This document shows positions 1 through 13,787 of a stretch of 64,000 nt of DNA, piece by piece. Under the pieces are notes generated by a model that saw nothing but the letters and a program-made list of their open reading frames with translations, did not search any database and was not told the origin of the DNA. The stretch spans positions 43,524,001 to 43,588,000 of the forward strand of contig OX597831.1 in the NCBI GenBank assembly GCA_951406725.2, given 5' to 3'. Made by a program: the position numbers and the translations under genes. Each line of letters starts with the position of its first letter. The stretch's first letter is position 1. This stretch comes from Octopus vulgaris (Eukaryota).

Positions 1-113
1 GGTAATAGAAACTTTTGAAATTCGTTCAAAATTCGGATTTTGCGTTTGAAAAATAAAACTCGTAAACCCGGTGTCTCGTAAAGCGGGACCTCGTAAAGTG
101 AGTTATCACTGTA
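1..113. mobile_element. Right end of a Tc1/mariner-superfamily (pogo/Tigger-like) DNA element
   Basis: Ends ctcgtaaagtgagttatcactg|TA, giving a CAGTG terminus with TA target, plus repeated ctcgtaaa subterminal motifs. Confidence 0.5.
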
Positions 114-224
114 CTACAAACTGGCTGAGCTTTATTGATTGCAAGGGAGATAAGTCTTGCTAGTAAACTGCCTGTCGTCCTCTCTTTTTGTTATTTTTTA
201 TTTTTATCTTTCATCTTGTTTTAC

Positions 225-600
225 TCATAAAACTGTGGTCATGCCGGAGGCACCGCCTTGAAGTGTTTAGTCGAACAAACCGAACCCGGTACTTATGTTT
301 TAAAGCCTGGTACCTATTGTATCACTCTCTCTTTGCTGAACCGCTAAGTTATTAGGACATAAACACACGAACACCAGCTGTTAAGCGGAGGTGGAGAACG
401 CACACACATACTTACGCACACACACACGCACAAACATGATGGGCTTCTTTCAGTTTCTGTCTACTAGATCCACTCACAAGGCTTTGGGTGTCCCGAAGCT
501 ACAGTCATGGAACACTTTCCCCAGGTGGCATACCGTAGGACTGAACTCGGAACCATGTAGTCGGGAAGCAAACTTCTTTTCACGCAACCACACCTGCACT
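225..600 (-). mobile_element. tRNA-derived SINE, family A (diverged copy)
   Basis: Matches the copy at 57322-57730 in reverse (ttgctgaaccgctaagtt, cactcacaaggctttg, ggactgaac). Confidence 0.85.
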
Positions 601-918
601 CTTTTGATAGAATAATTACAAAACGCCATATTTCTTTTCCTGTCTTAATATTTTACGATTAATACAGAAAAAAAAAACACGATATTTTCTTATTAATCTA
701 TAAAGAGAAGACACAAGGCTTCTCTCCCTTACAATGAATAAAGACTATAAACAGTTAATGCGAAATGATAATAATTATAGTAATGTAATCGATTTTTTAC
801 GGAGCTGTCATAGGCTACCTGCAGTCCGCGAGACTTTCTGCATTGCGCGCCAAATGGAAAATTACCGTCATTAAAAAATTTTTTTTTAATAGTAAAGTGG
901 TTCGTCTGATGATGAGAC

Positions 919-1534
919 AGGATCTTTTCCTTTTGAACGGCAATTGTCAACACAATTTCTAGTTAACTAAACACTTTTAAACTTCGTATACTGGTAGAAT
1001 GTGTTTGTAAAACATAATTTTTTCTTGGCTTTATTAAGAAAATTCTATATGTTGTAACATATTTGCACTTAAAAATCGAGCTTTTCGGCAATTTTAACCA
1101 ATCTTCATGCGGCTCAGTTCTCGAAAACGGTTGCCCGTGCTTGTTAATATAGACACAGGGCTCCAAATTTTGTGTAAGAGTACAGTCGATTATGCCTAGC
1201 TTCGTACTTGGACAATATTTTATTTTAATCAACACCGAAATAATGTAAGGCAATGTTGACCTAGGCAGGACTGAACTAAGCACAAGGCCACACATTTTTT
1301 TCCGCCGAGTGAAGAGTGAAGTTAATTAACTTGCTAAAAAGGATTATCTTCAATGCAAGTGATATTAAAATTCGAAAAATTAAACTACATTAAACAAACA
1401 AATTACAATTTTCTCAAGAAAGCCAAGAGAAAAAAATGTTTTATTTTGACACGTTCTACCAGTATACGAAGTTTTAAAGTGTTTAGTTAACTAGAAATTG
1501 TGTTGAAAACTGCCGTTCAAAAGGAAAAGATCCT
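919..1534. mobile_element. Non-autonomous DNA element with ~130-bp terminal inverted repeats
   Basis: aggatcttttccttttgaacggca...ctggtagaa at 919 is mirrored by ttctaccag...tgccgttcaaaaggaaaagatcct ending at 1534. A degenerate SINE fragment lies at ~1180-1300. Confidence 0.85.
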
Positions 1535-2204
1535 TGGTATGTTTCTCTAATATTTTGTTGTTGTCAATGGTGAATCCCCATAGCCTTATCGAAATATTAG
1601 GAAACCGTTGTTTATATTCGTGGGAACATTAAGGAATCACCGGCCCTAATGTAATACAATAGAGTGCTCTCCCTTTATTTTCCCCTATAAGTATGTCGAG
1701 TTAAGACCAAGTGAAGGGCTTACTTCAGCATACACAAACCAACGAAAGATATCTTGAACTGGTAGTGTTGTTTATGTGAACGTGCACAGATATCAGCAAG
1801 GCTAAGGTCAGCTCAGAGAATTAGTGGCGTTCATTAATCACTGATGGTGAAGAAGTTCTGGAAGTAAAGGTGAAATGTTTTTCTCAGCGCTTATGAGTGA
1901 AGCAGTAATGTCTCTCGGCAGGGGCACATTAGGCAGTTGTCCAGGAGCCTCGCAGGTTTAGGGGTCCAATTCTGAATGTTGTGGTTTGCTGTGGATAAAT
2001 AAATACTACAGGACAAACTGAAGGACTGCTGCAATAAGTGTGTGAATCTGGGAGGGGAATATGTTGAATAAAATCATAATTAACTGATCCCCTTGTATTT
2101 TCTTTTACCCAAAGCCAGGAACTTTTCACCACCCTCTCGTAAATTATGCATTGCTGATATTGCTTACAGTATGAGCTATACCACTCTGTAGTATTGTACC
2201 TATT

Positions 2205-2432
2205 TCTTTACTACCCACAAGGGGCTAACCACAGAGGGAACAAACAAGGACAGACAAACGGATTAAGTCGATTACATTGACCCCAGTGCGTACGTAACTG
2301 GTACTTAATTTATCGACCCCGAAAGGATGAAAGGCAAAGTCGACCTCGGCAGAATTTGAACTCACAACGTAACGACAGACGAAATACAGCTACGCATTTT
2401 GCCCGGCGTGCTAACGTTTCTGCCAGCTCGCT
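2205..2432 (-). mobile_element. tRNA-derived SINE, family B (well-preserved copy)
   Basis: Head cgagctggcagaaacgttagc...gagttcaaattc and core gtcgactttgcctttcatcctttcggggtcgataaattaagtaccag, with >25 related copies in the window. Confidence 0.9.
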
Positions 2433-2506
2433 GACCCTGAGCTAGGAGAGCTGATTAGTTGACAGTTAAATGCAATGTTAGAAGTAAAATAAACTTCACT
2501 ATCATC

Positions 2507-2745
2507 CAAGGGATGGGCAACTTTTCGTCATCTGGGGGCCGCATTGTATCATTTCCAAGTGGGAGAAGGCGACATGATAAAACACATATTACTTGCCCAT
2601 TTCACATTGAATTTTTTTTGCAGTTCCTCTTAATTTTATTTGTCTTAGTATGAAAGTTTATTTGCCTTATTATGAAATTTCATTTATCTTAGTATGAAAT
2701 TAGTAACCTACAAACTCATTGAGGGCCACAGGTTGCCCATGCGTG
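2507..2745. mobile_element. hAT-like MITE
   Basis: Termini caagggatgggcaac and gttgcccatgcgtg with subterminal gggcc motifs. Confidence 0.55.
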
Positions 2746-3003
2746 ATCTAAGCTAACATGTTGTCAGTTTATATTTTAAAGAATCAAATAAGATGACAAT
2801 TTATTTTCGAGCACAGTAACACTGTTAGAACAGCAGAAAATTTGGGTGAATTAGCTGGTTGTTAACAAATTTTTCTGCTTTGTAAAAATAATTGACTCAA
2901 TATTTCTGCTATTCTAACAATGTCCTGCATTCAAAAATAAATTATCATCTTATTTGTATCTATATACATATTTCGGTACTTATAAAGAAACACAAACGTT
3001 AGT

Positions 3004-4220
3004 TTACTCTTTTACTTGTTTCAGTCATTTGACTGTGGCCATGCTGGAGCACTGCCTTTAGATGAACGAATCAACCCCAGAACTTATTCTTTGTAAGCCT
3101 TGTACTTATTCTTATTGGTCTCTTCTACCGAACTACTAAGTTATGAGGATGTAAACACACCAGCATTGGTTGTCAAGCGATGGTGGGAGACAAACACAGA
3201 CATGCAGATACATACATACATATATATATATGACGGGCTTCTTTCAGTTTCCATCTACCAAATCCACTCACAAGACTTTGGTCAGCCTGAGGCTATAGCA
3301 GAAGACACTTGCCCAGGGTGCTACACAGTGGGACTGAACCTGGAACCATGTGGTTGGTAAGCAAGCTACTTTATTTCATAGAATAGGCCCTAAAGGCTGT
3401 ACATAGAAGTAGCTGCGTGCTGGACAAAACACAAGATGAAATGAATGAAAAAAATGAATAAATGAAATTGATGAGGAAAGACAGATGATGCCCACCGACT
3501 GCTGCTTACCGAAAACATTGTTTTTTTTTTTAAAACAAATTGAGATTATAAACCTCTTATCTTTGTTCATTTGGACACAAGGTCCTTAAAAATGAGACAC
3601 TATGCCTCTTAAAAAATGGGTTGTATACCCTTACAACGCAAGGCACTAAGACCTCTTAACTTTTTTTGCTATTATTTTCTTGCCTGCTGATACCCAACCA
3701 AGCTCAATGCCTCATGCAAGCACCTCGATGGTGCTTCAGCAGGAAGCGAAACGTGTCTTCAGGGAAGGAGTCCATCACCTTGTGAAAATCTGTCTCCCAA
3801 ATGACCTCTACAGCTATCTGCGGAGGCCATTCAGGATCCTCAGTGCAGGTTAGAACCCCTCCCCTCTGACCTTCTTTGACAAACTTTTGAACTACCCCTC
3901 CCTTGTGGAAGAAGACCAAAAATTCCTCCTCCACATGGGGCGAGGCCAAAGCTTCTGCTGTTGGTGGTACATTCCCACCGATGGGGGTTCGGAACATGCC
4001 GGCAATGTCCTGTTTTTCTTCTTTTATTTTTACTTACCACAGAAGCTACTTTTATTCATATAATTTGCCACAAGGGCATTACATAGATGTAGTTGCAGGC
4101 TGGACATTACATTAATGAGATGAAATGATAAATGAAATTATGATATTAACGAGAGGTTTAATACCTCATTTTGTTTTTTGAAGAACCACACAAGCTACTT
4201 ACCACACAACCACTCCTGTA
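3004..4220 (-). mobile_element. Family A SINE interrupted in its tRNA head by an ~820-bp composite retroelement insertion (3372-4190)
   Basis: The SINE stops at caagctactt (3362-3371) and resumes at caagctactt accacacaaccactcc (4191-4217). Confidence 0.85.
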
Positions 4221-4344
4221 CCTTGTTTGTTTATATTTATATTTTATGTTCCTCCTACCACTAAAAATCTCATAAATCAGCCATCTTAGCTGAAGTAATT
4301 TTCAAAAATCAGAAAGCAAAAGTGAAAAATAGGCGTTTCTGTAA

Positions 4345-6240
4345 TTGATTTCAAATTTTGGTACAAGGCCAGCAATTACCTGGGAAGGGATAAGTCGATT
4401 GCATTGAACCCCTTGGCTCAACCTGTACTATTTTGATTGACTCCGACAAGATGAAAGCAAAATTGACTCAGAACTCAGAATGTAAAGCTGGGTGCCCCAA
4501 AGCATTTCACCCAGTTTGCTAATGTTTCTGCTAGTTCACCACCTCAAGCCTTTGTGTAATTAATGCATTTTATTTTTAGGTCTGTCCTGAGCCCCAGGAC
4601 TCACAAAGAAGGCCAGTGATTTATTCAGGTTCCACAGCATAGAACTGACTGGATGGGATATCAGGCCATTGCTGAGTTAGCTTCCCAACAGTTTCTATGA
4701 CAGACACACATTTATAGTTGAGTGGATTGGAACAATATGACATGAAGTGCATTGTCCCAAGAACATGATACATCCGCATGGCCTGCTCTTTGAATCAAAG
4801 CCATGATCTTACAGTCACAAGTGTGATACCTGAATAACAAGGCCATGCACCTATACAATTCCTCTTTGCTAACAACAGTTGCACTTCATGAACCCTTGCC
4901 CTAAATATTTCATTCAGTCCTGTCATTCATCTACACATTTATGTAACAGACGTTTTTGCAGACAAAGATACAATATTTATTGTTCATTTTACCCAAATTT
5001 CTTCCTGAGTCCTATTGAGTCTGTGTGCTTTGAGCTTAGTCATAAAGATGTTGTGTATATATGTTCTGTGCATAAACATTGAGTGGAAAACTTCTTTTTT
5101 ATTCTGTGTTACGTGCAGTTCTCCAAACTCTCATGATTATACCTTTTTTCTCACTTTGTTATATTTATTGTAACAATCTTTCCTACGACAGGCACCAAGC
5201 TTGAAATTTTAAGGGCAGTAGGCTAGTCAATTACATTTATTTCATTGACCCTGAAAGGCTGAAAAGCAAAGTCAACCTCAGCAGAATTTGAACTCAGAGC
5301 ATTATGTCCTGTATGCCAACAACTCTATCAACTCACTACCTTTATATTTACTGTAATAATGGCTCTCCCAGTCGTTGATTCTTGTAGAAACTGTCTGTTG
5401 CTTAACCCTTTAGTGTTCAGATTATTCTATCAAACATAATGCTTATTGATTCCCATTGATTTGAATTAATCGTGCATTACCTCATATCTTCAAGATCTTG
5501 ATGGTGTAATTACTTAATGTAGAATAACATTGTAGGGTAGGTGTGAGAGCCTGGATCTGGTCAGTTTGAACATAAAACATTAACTATTTTGGCCGGTTTA
5601 AATGCTAAAGGGTTAATGCCAGTCATCCTTTTATTTATTTCTCTTTACCAATTTCTCATGTTCTGTCTTTCTTTCCCCAACTTATTTTATCTCCTATAAG
5701 TGTGGTATACCTTGAGAAATCTCAAATACCAACATTCTAATGATCAGTTGTTTCCCTCTAGAGCAGGTAATTGAACATATTGATTTCAGAAGAGAGAAAA
5801 ATATTCAGGACTTATATATTCTTTTCTACTCTAGGCACAAGGCCCGAAATTTTTGGGGAGGGGGCCAGTCGATTAGATCAACCCCAGTACACAATTGGTA
5901 CTTAATTTATCAACCCCGATTACACCATAGGGCACCTAAATAACTAAATATATAAAAATTCTCATTCCAGGGCACTTATTTTGCTTAGGTTATTCCAGCA
6001 ATTTTTATGGTCATTTACTAATATTGGTTTCAAATTTTGGCACAAGGCCAGCAATTTTAGGCAAGAATGTAAGTTGATTACATCGACCCCATTGCTCAAG
6101 TGGTACTTATTTTATCAACCCCAAAAGGCTGAAAGGCAAAGTTGACCCAGGCACCACTTGAACTCAGAATGTAAAGTTGGAAGAAATGCTGCTAAGCAGT
6201 ATTTTCAGTATGGTAAGGATTCTGCCTGCTTGCCACCTTA
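4345..6240 (-). mobile_element. Cluster of diverged SINE fragments (family B at ~4345, 5180, 5820, 6025; V-type at ~4615-4850)
   Basis: Recurrent ggcacaaggcc...gacccc...gaaaggcaaagt...gaactcaga motifs. Confidence 0.75.
5406..5612. mobile_element. piggyBac-type MITE
   Basis: TTAA|ccctttag ... ctaaaggg|TTAA. A degenerate second copy lies at ~46770-47080. Confidence 0.85.
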
Positions 6241-7013
6241 AAGTCAGTTACTACTATCAAAACTTTCTATAACCAACCCATCTGAGGGCACCTCTGGTTC
6301 TATTATACTAAGTTTTCTGCACTGAAGAGTTTATATTTCAAGTAAAACTTTGCATCATTATTTTATGTAAGAAACTTTTGTTAAATTAACTTTTATATAC
6401 ATGAGCTGATAAAGAAAAAGAGATCAGTTATCTTTGGGATTATTCTTGATCTCATCTTATCTTCACCTCATTATTCCTGGGTGGGCCATTACTTATTCAT
6501 TTCAGTTGATTTTGAAATGAATAAGTAATGAATTTCATCAGATATATCTTCAGAAAAGGGATTTACAGATGGATATAAGACATTCTGGCACAGCTGTTTT
6601 GGCTCCACCTATGTGATGTTGATTTGATACTGACTTATTTAACATAAGACGTTTTGTCCATGGAACATTTTCACACCATGCAGATTTTGTTTTTATTCTA
6701 GTTAGCAATGACTAAAGTTTGTTTAGCTTTCTGCTCCACTTTGTGTGTATGATGGGAGGTGAAATATTGACAAGACATGAAAAAATTCTCAATGGAACTA
6801 CATAGATCTTTGACAAAGTAGAATTGGCAAGGAATTTAAATTTTGGCACTGAGAGCTGAAAGACCATAATTCTTCAATAAGATAAGTTATGATTTTATTT
6901 TTCATTAATATTGTTACATTTTATTTGATTATTTATTGTTATGATACGTATATTTCTATATTTATTTGTTAATTATTATATGTTAAGATATATACATTTA
7001 TTTTATTATTTCA

Positions 7014-7079
7014 GACCTGAAGAGTGGCTATATTTTATTATTATCGATTTAAAGATATAGTCATGAAACGCAGGTAGTC
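7014..7079 (+). ncRNA. Type I hammerhead ribozyme motif (Penelope-like remnant)
   Basis: gac CTGAAGA [gtggctatatttt/aaagatatagtcat stem II] GAAAC gcag GTA gtc. The core is intact but stem I is only 3 bp. Confidence 0.6.
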
Positions 7080-7689
7080 AATTTAATGTTTATTTAATTT
7101 AGAGAATTTTTTAATAATATTTATTATAGTATATTTAAATTTTTTCTATATGATTTAATATAGATAATATCTTTCACTATTGAATTACTTAATAGAGGTT
7201 ATTTCTCTTAATCATAAACATATATATATATATATATAAAGAGTGAGAGAGAGAGAGAGAAACATATATACTAAATTACCTTGATTGCTACAAACACATC
7301 TGTCTCTCTATTTGCTTATGTGTGTCTTTTTCTTTTATGCACATGTGAAGAGTGAACTTGTTTGTAACAATCAGAGTCATTTGATACGTATTAATGTTTC
7401 TTTTGTTTTCTCTCTGCATCTGCATGTTCATGTGTGTGTGTGTGTGTGTGTGTTTGCTCCCAGTGCCAAAAAGTACTGTTACTAAAACAGGTTCAATTTC
7501 CAGTCAGCCGAGTCAAACCGTCAGCATCCAAACAGCTACGCCCTATCGTCTCGTTTTTTGTTAACCGACACGATAACTTGATTAATTACTGATGAGCATT
7601 TTAAAGACCCTATCTAACCTAAGTTAACACAATTACACAGCAAATAATCATCTATAATTTAACAAAAATTCCAGTGGAAACCCCCCCCC

Positions 7690-7795
7690 CCAAAAAAAAA
7701 AAAACATACAAAACAAACAAAAAACAAATGAAGGAAAGAAACAGAACAAAGACAGGTGTATGATCCATGCAGCATAGGCTTGCTTTCATTTTATT
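7690..7795 (-). terminator. Candidate distal polyadenylation signal with U/GU-rich downstream element
   Basis: AATAAA on the minus strand at 7790-7795, followed ~35-100 nt later by tgtctttgttctgtttctttcc...tttgttttttgtttgttttg. It coincides with the edge of the TE-poor zone. Confidence 0.5.
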
Positions 7796-8080
7796 GCTAG
7801 ACTAGGTTTTGTTCCAGATATTGGTCATCAGACATTCGACCAACTAAACTCACGGATCCCAGAAAAACTGGATGCAGCTTGTTCAGCAACACATACTCTG
7901 TGACGTAATACGTACATTGACAATATCCATATTGATATGTAATAGAAGGGCACCAACTGAAATGGTGTTGCAACTGACAAACAGTAGCGTCAGTAGTAAT
8001 ATCGCTATCACTACTACCGACTACTGCTTACTACAACTATTAACAGTGATGAGGATGAGAAAAATAATTATAATAATGAC

Positions 8081-8122
<42 letters not shown>

Positions 8123-8850
8123 AATAATAATAATGATAATGATAATAATAATGATAATGGTAGTAATTGTAATGGTAATAAGTGACAGCAATAATGCTGT
8201 TTATCAGATGAAAAGAAATTATTTCAAGTGAAAGAAAATATCATGCAAAAATATTGGACATTTCATAGTGATTTCAAATTTCATGAAATGATAAATTAAA
8301 AAAAATATACATTTAAAAAAAATAATTAATGATGATAATAATAATAATAATAATAATGGTAATAATGGTAATAATATTACTAATGATAGTAGTAGTAATT
8401 TTATAAAACAATAATAATAAAAAATATTATGTTTCATAATAATAAAAAAATAAAAAATCTACAAATTAATATTATCCAAGAAAGTGAGATGTAGTTTTGG
8501 AAAATCTCAATCCTGGAACTATTTGTATAATAATAATAATCATAATGATAATAATAATAATAATAATGATAATAATAATGATGATGATTATGATTTCATA
8601 AATAGGCACAAGACCTCAAGTTTTGGGAAAGGGAACAAACAGTCGATTGTATCGACCCCAGTATTTGACTGGTACTTGATTTTATCGACCCTGGAAGGAT
8701 GAAAGGTAAAGTCAACCTTGGCGAGAATGGAGCTCAGAACGTAAAGGGCCATAACTGAAGGCCACATGGCTGTTTTTATTTGACGCTTTACTGGTTCTGG
8801 CGATTGACCACCCTTAAATAATAATAATAATAATAATAATGATGATGATA

Positions 8851-8881
<31 letters not shown>

Positions 8882-9154
8882 TAGTAATGGTAATGAAAGT
8901 GTTCACTAATGTCTGACAAGAAATTCCATACAGATACTTTTGCAGACACACACATACATTGAATGTATCTGGAAACAATTATTTTAAATGAACAACTGTA
9001 TAACATCTTGAGTCAAGATGTCTAAAATATGAAAAAAATAAAAAAAAAGGAAAAAAAAAGTTCACCAATGTCAATGTATAATATACAAAGAGAATAACAT
9101 TTTGTCTTTAATGCATTCAACTGTTTTGTTTGTGAATTACTGTCTTACAGGAGA

Positions 9155-9246
<92 letters not shown>

Positions 9247-10482
9247 GCACATATATATATATATGTATATATAAATATATATATATATATGTATATGTAC
9301 ATATGTGTATACATACATACATGTATATGTATGTATATATATATATATTTCCTTGAACAAAGTGAGTCTTTATGGATAATAGTTTAGAAAGATAAATGAA
9401 GAAGGTTTAGATAGCAGACAAGTTCTAAAAAGAAAGACCCCTTTCCCTTCTCCTATTACCCCCTATCCCTTCCCTTCCAGTCCTAATGATTAAAAATCTA
9501 ACTATAACTGTTTATATGGCTCTTTATGTAGTTACATAAACATTCAGTGTTCACTAAAGCTACCCACGAAGGAGGGGCTTTTTAAAAGGTAGAGGTGATT
9601 AGCTCTGGGACATTCATGGTAGTATGCTGATGGGAAATATATCTCCTTCTTCCCACCTGGATACAATGCCAATTAATCCCAGGTAACCTGATGCTTATTT
9701 CCTTCTGGCAGTTAGGTAGGTGAACTGAGGCAATTAAGAATTAAGTGTACTGTCCCAAAACACTATGATATGTCTGTAGTAGGTTTTGAACCTTTGGTGG
9801 GTATTTCCGTACTAAACCCACCGAGCCATTTTTTTTTTTTTTTCATTTCAACTTTGTAAAGTTAGTTAGATCTTAGAGTGCTGAAAATATTGTTCCCTCC
9901 CCGAAAAGATAAGCAACTGTTAAACAAAGGCAATTTCTCTTGTTTTTTTTTTGTTTTAAATGTAAATATATGTAAGTATAAATTAATTAATTAATTAATT
10001 AATTAAAAAAAACAACAAATAAAAAAAACAGTTAACATTATAATACGCATCTCTAGGTGGATTAGAAATTTTTCTTTTTCATGTGAGTTTTTTTATCAAA
10101 CGTCCATGAAAGGATTAGAAATTGTCAACAAGACAGGGTAATCTTTCGTAATAACTACATTAGAAATGTTTAATTGTTTAAAATATAGGCATACTCTTTT
10201 TTAATTTTTCAAATTGAGACAAAAAAAAAAAGACAATATGTCATGTTTGATATGTCATTTAAATAAGCAGTTTTTTTTTGTCCACAAGATAGAAATGTCA
10301 AAACTCTGTTGACATTTTTTCTGTTTTCTATTTTTTTTTTTAATTTTCTTTTGCCTTTTTTCTTGTTGTTTTTCTTTTTTAGAAAGGAAGAATGAAAATA
10401 TAATATTAATTTGAAATAGAACTGAATTTTTTCACAATTTTTTTCCTCTTTTTAAAATACGAACCAAGACATATATTTATTC

Positions 10483-10518
<36 letters not shown>

Positions 10519-11158
10519 CAAGAATAATGTACAATTTTTGTACTTATATTAATGCATTGATTTTGGGTGGGGGAGTGCTCAATCCTGCAAGACAGTCACA
10601 CGGTTGTAAGCTAACAGTGATCAGACCACTTAAAAAATAGGGAAAATAAATAAATAAAATTAAATAAATAAAATAAATAAAAAGAATGTATGTGTTATGG
10701 AATACAGAATCACATAAACAAATACAAGTTTAGTGTTTTTTTTCTTTTAGGAAGTGAAGTTTGGGCAGTAGAAATTAAATTCATTACTATAGCAGAAAAT
10801 AAGGAGTTAATATAAAAATAGATAACAAAAAAATAACTACATGGTTATATACAGTGAAGTAAGAAGAAAAAAAAATTGTGAAAAAAAAACCCCAAAGATT
10901 AAAAAGAAAAGTGTTTGAGATAGGGTTTTTTGACTAGCACTGATTTGTTTTTGTTTTTTTTTTTTGCTTTTATATCAAGCCTAATATGGATTAAAGGCAA
11001 AAGTTGGCCCGTGTGGAATTTGGAACTCAATGATGTTGAGGTTTGAAACTAAATACTTGTATTGCATTTAATTGGGAATTCTCTTGTTTCTGCCAACTTC
11101 AGGTACTTAAGATGTTGCAAAAAGAAGGTTCGAATTTTTCCAATAGCAAAAATCGAAC

Positions 11159-11199
<41 letters not shown>

Positions 11200-11200
11200 C

Positions 11201-11290
<90 letters not shown>

Positions 11291-12791
11291 GTAATGTGTA
11301 TATATCTACATATGTATCAGGAAATAAAAGACAGATAGAAATGTAGTTGAACATGATTATTAACCTACATTTTAATTAATCATTCCCCTAAAAAGCAAGT
11401 CCTAAACTGTTTCTTTGTTATGCAGTTAAGTTGATTTTTGATAAAGGCTTTTAATTACAAAAAAAAAAAATGTAAAAAGCAAAAAAGGAAAAAAAATAAG
11501 GGAATTGCTACAACAACCAAAATTTGAAGATTAGAAAATAATGAAAAAAATAAAATAAAATAAAATATAGCAATGTAGTAAAAGTCTAGTGAAAGCATAA
11601 TGTTATGTAAATGACTAGTTCTCGACAGGTAACATTCATATTCTATAAATGACATAAAAAAACTAAAGCAGGCACTTTTGTAATCAAGGAATATTGGTAA
11701 CAGTCAGAAATGATAAGTTACAGAGATGTGCAGCAGCTCAATTGATATTTGTTGCAATACCTGGTGCAGATATGATGTTTCAAGTCAAATCAACAATTTT
11801 CACACACCTATCACTTCAAAGTCATCACAGTTTATTTATATTTGTTTAATTTTTTTTTTATCTTCGTTTGTTTTTAATGAAATTGAAAAAAGAAATTTTG
11901 TCAAATATCTGCTCAATTTATCAGACATCATAAGTGGTTCCTCATCCATGTGGCAATTCCAGCTGACTAAAAGAATGGTGAAAACAATGCAAATATCAGG
12001 TGAAATAAAATGTGTATTTTGGTTTGTTTTTATTTTTTTAGAGTAATTTGCTGCCATTAACGAGCTACTTTTAGTAGGTAGTATGTTGTCTTGTAGCCAC
12101 TGACTCACATGGTGAATAAGCAGTTTATTGATTGATAAAATCTGGCAAGAGATTAAATTTGTGTAGGCATAAAATCTTCTATTAAGGACGGTCAACAGTT
12201 AACAGCACACATTGAACGGATGGACGGAGACAAAGCTGTGTGGTTGGAATCAGAACCAAAATTCTCAGCCTACTTCTTGGCTGCTATACATAATACAACT
12301 GAATTAAGGTATCAATTCTAGTCACACAGCTGCAACAGCTAAAAGAAACACTGACTGTACAAAACTTCTTAAAAGGAACAAAATGTTATATTATTAAATC
12401 TGTGGTTATAGAAGTAGTTACAATGATAATAATAATAATTATTAGTGTTATGTTTTTATATCATTATTATTATTATCATTTTCTTTCTGTTTTTCTTTTG
12501 ATATTCATAATAAATGGGGAATAGTAAAATTGCCGTATGAGTTTGAAAGATGTGGGTAGAAGGGAAACGATTGAAGTAGGGAGAAACAAAAACAACTTTA
12601 TACAACTGACATAAAACCCAACACAAACTCTCTCCGTTTAATATATATAATTTGAGTTTGTGTCGGGCAAAAAATAAAAACTGAATAATCACACATACAT
12701 AAGAGCATATACACGCATACACATACGTACGCAAAATTCCTCACACACAAAAGATCATATATATACATATATATATAAAAATATATGTATG

Positions 12792-12827
<36 letters not shown>

Positions 12828-13739
12828 CACATACATATATATGTATGTATGTATATATATTTGTGTGTATAGAATACTATGAGAAATTATGTCAGCTATG
12901 AATCAATTGAAAGCAGTTATTTTTGTAACTGACCTGCACAACCAATAGTTAAAAGATTCATAAGCGTTGACATTACGTACATTGCATTGGTTCACATATA
13001 AGACACACATACACTAATACTGTTGAGTTGTACTTAAAAACATCATATCTGAGCACCGGTATTGCTTGCTTCTCAGTAGAAATATCAGAACAATTGAATT
13101 GAGATTTGCAAACACTTACTTGCTTAGTTAAATATTATCAATTTTAGAAATATGAATATTTTTTTTTCCCTTTAAATGTTCTATCGAATGAAATTGTTAA
13201 GACATTAACATTCAAATGCCTGCAAGCAAAAATATAAAACCAAAAAAAATGAAAACAAAAAAATGCTTATTTGAAAAGATGAAAAAAAATATAAATAGCA
13301 ATGAATAACTTATAACTTGGTAGTTTTCTTTTTATTACTAGACTATTTTCTTTGGAGAATTCAAGCATTTATTAAGAATAGCACAAAACATATTGTATGC
13401 TAATCTAAGTATTAATGGTAAAGATATGAAATATATTATTACTTGCTTTCTTTCATAACTTTGCCTAAATTAATTTATGCTTAGAAAACTCCATGAAAAA
13501 AACAAAAAAACTTAAATACTAACTTGACATTATAAAACCATATATATATATATATATAAATATATGTATGTAAATGTATGTATCATATTTGTTGTATTTT
13601 ATATATATATATACATACATAAATACATACATATATATATGTATATATAGTCAGCAGTATCAGCAGCAGTTTAGATATAAGTAATCTTTAGGTTAGTTAA
13701 AATATGGCACAAACATATTTTAACATACTTAAAGCTCAC

Positions 13740-13787
<48 letters not shown>

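Noticed and set aside
843-855. E2F-like site TTTGGCGCGC on the minus strand
   Set aside because: A single short motif among repeats with no linked exon or promoter evidence.
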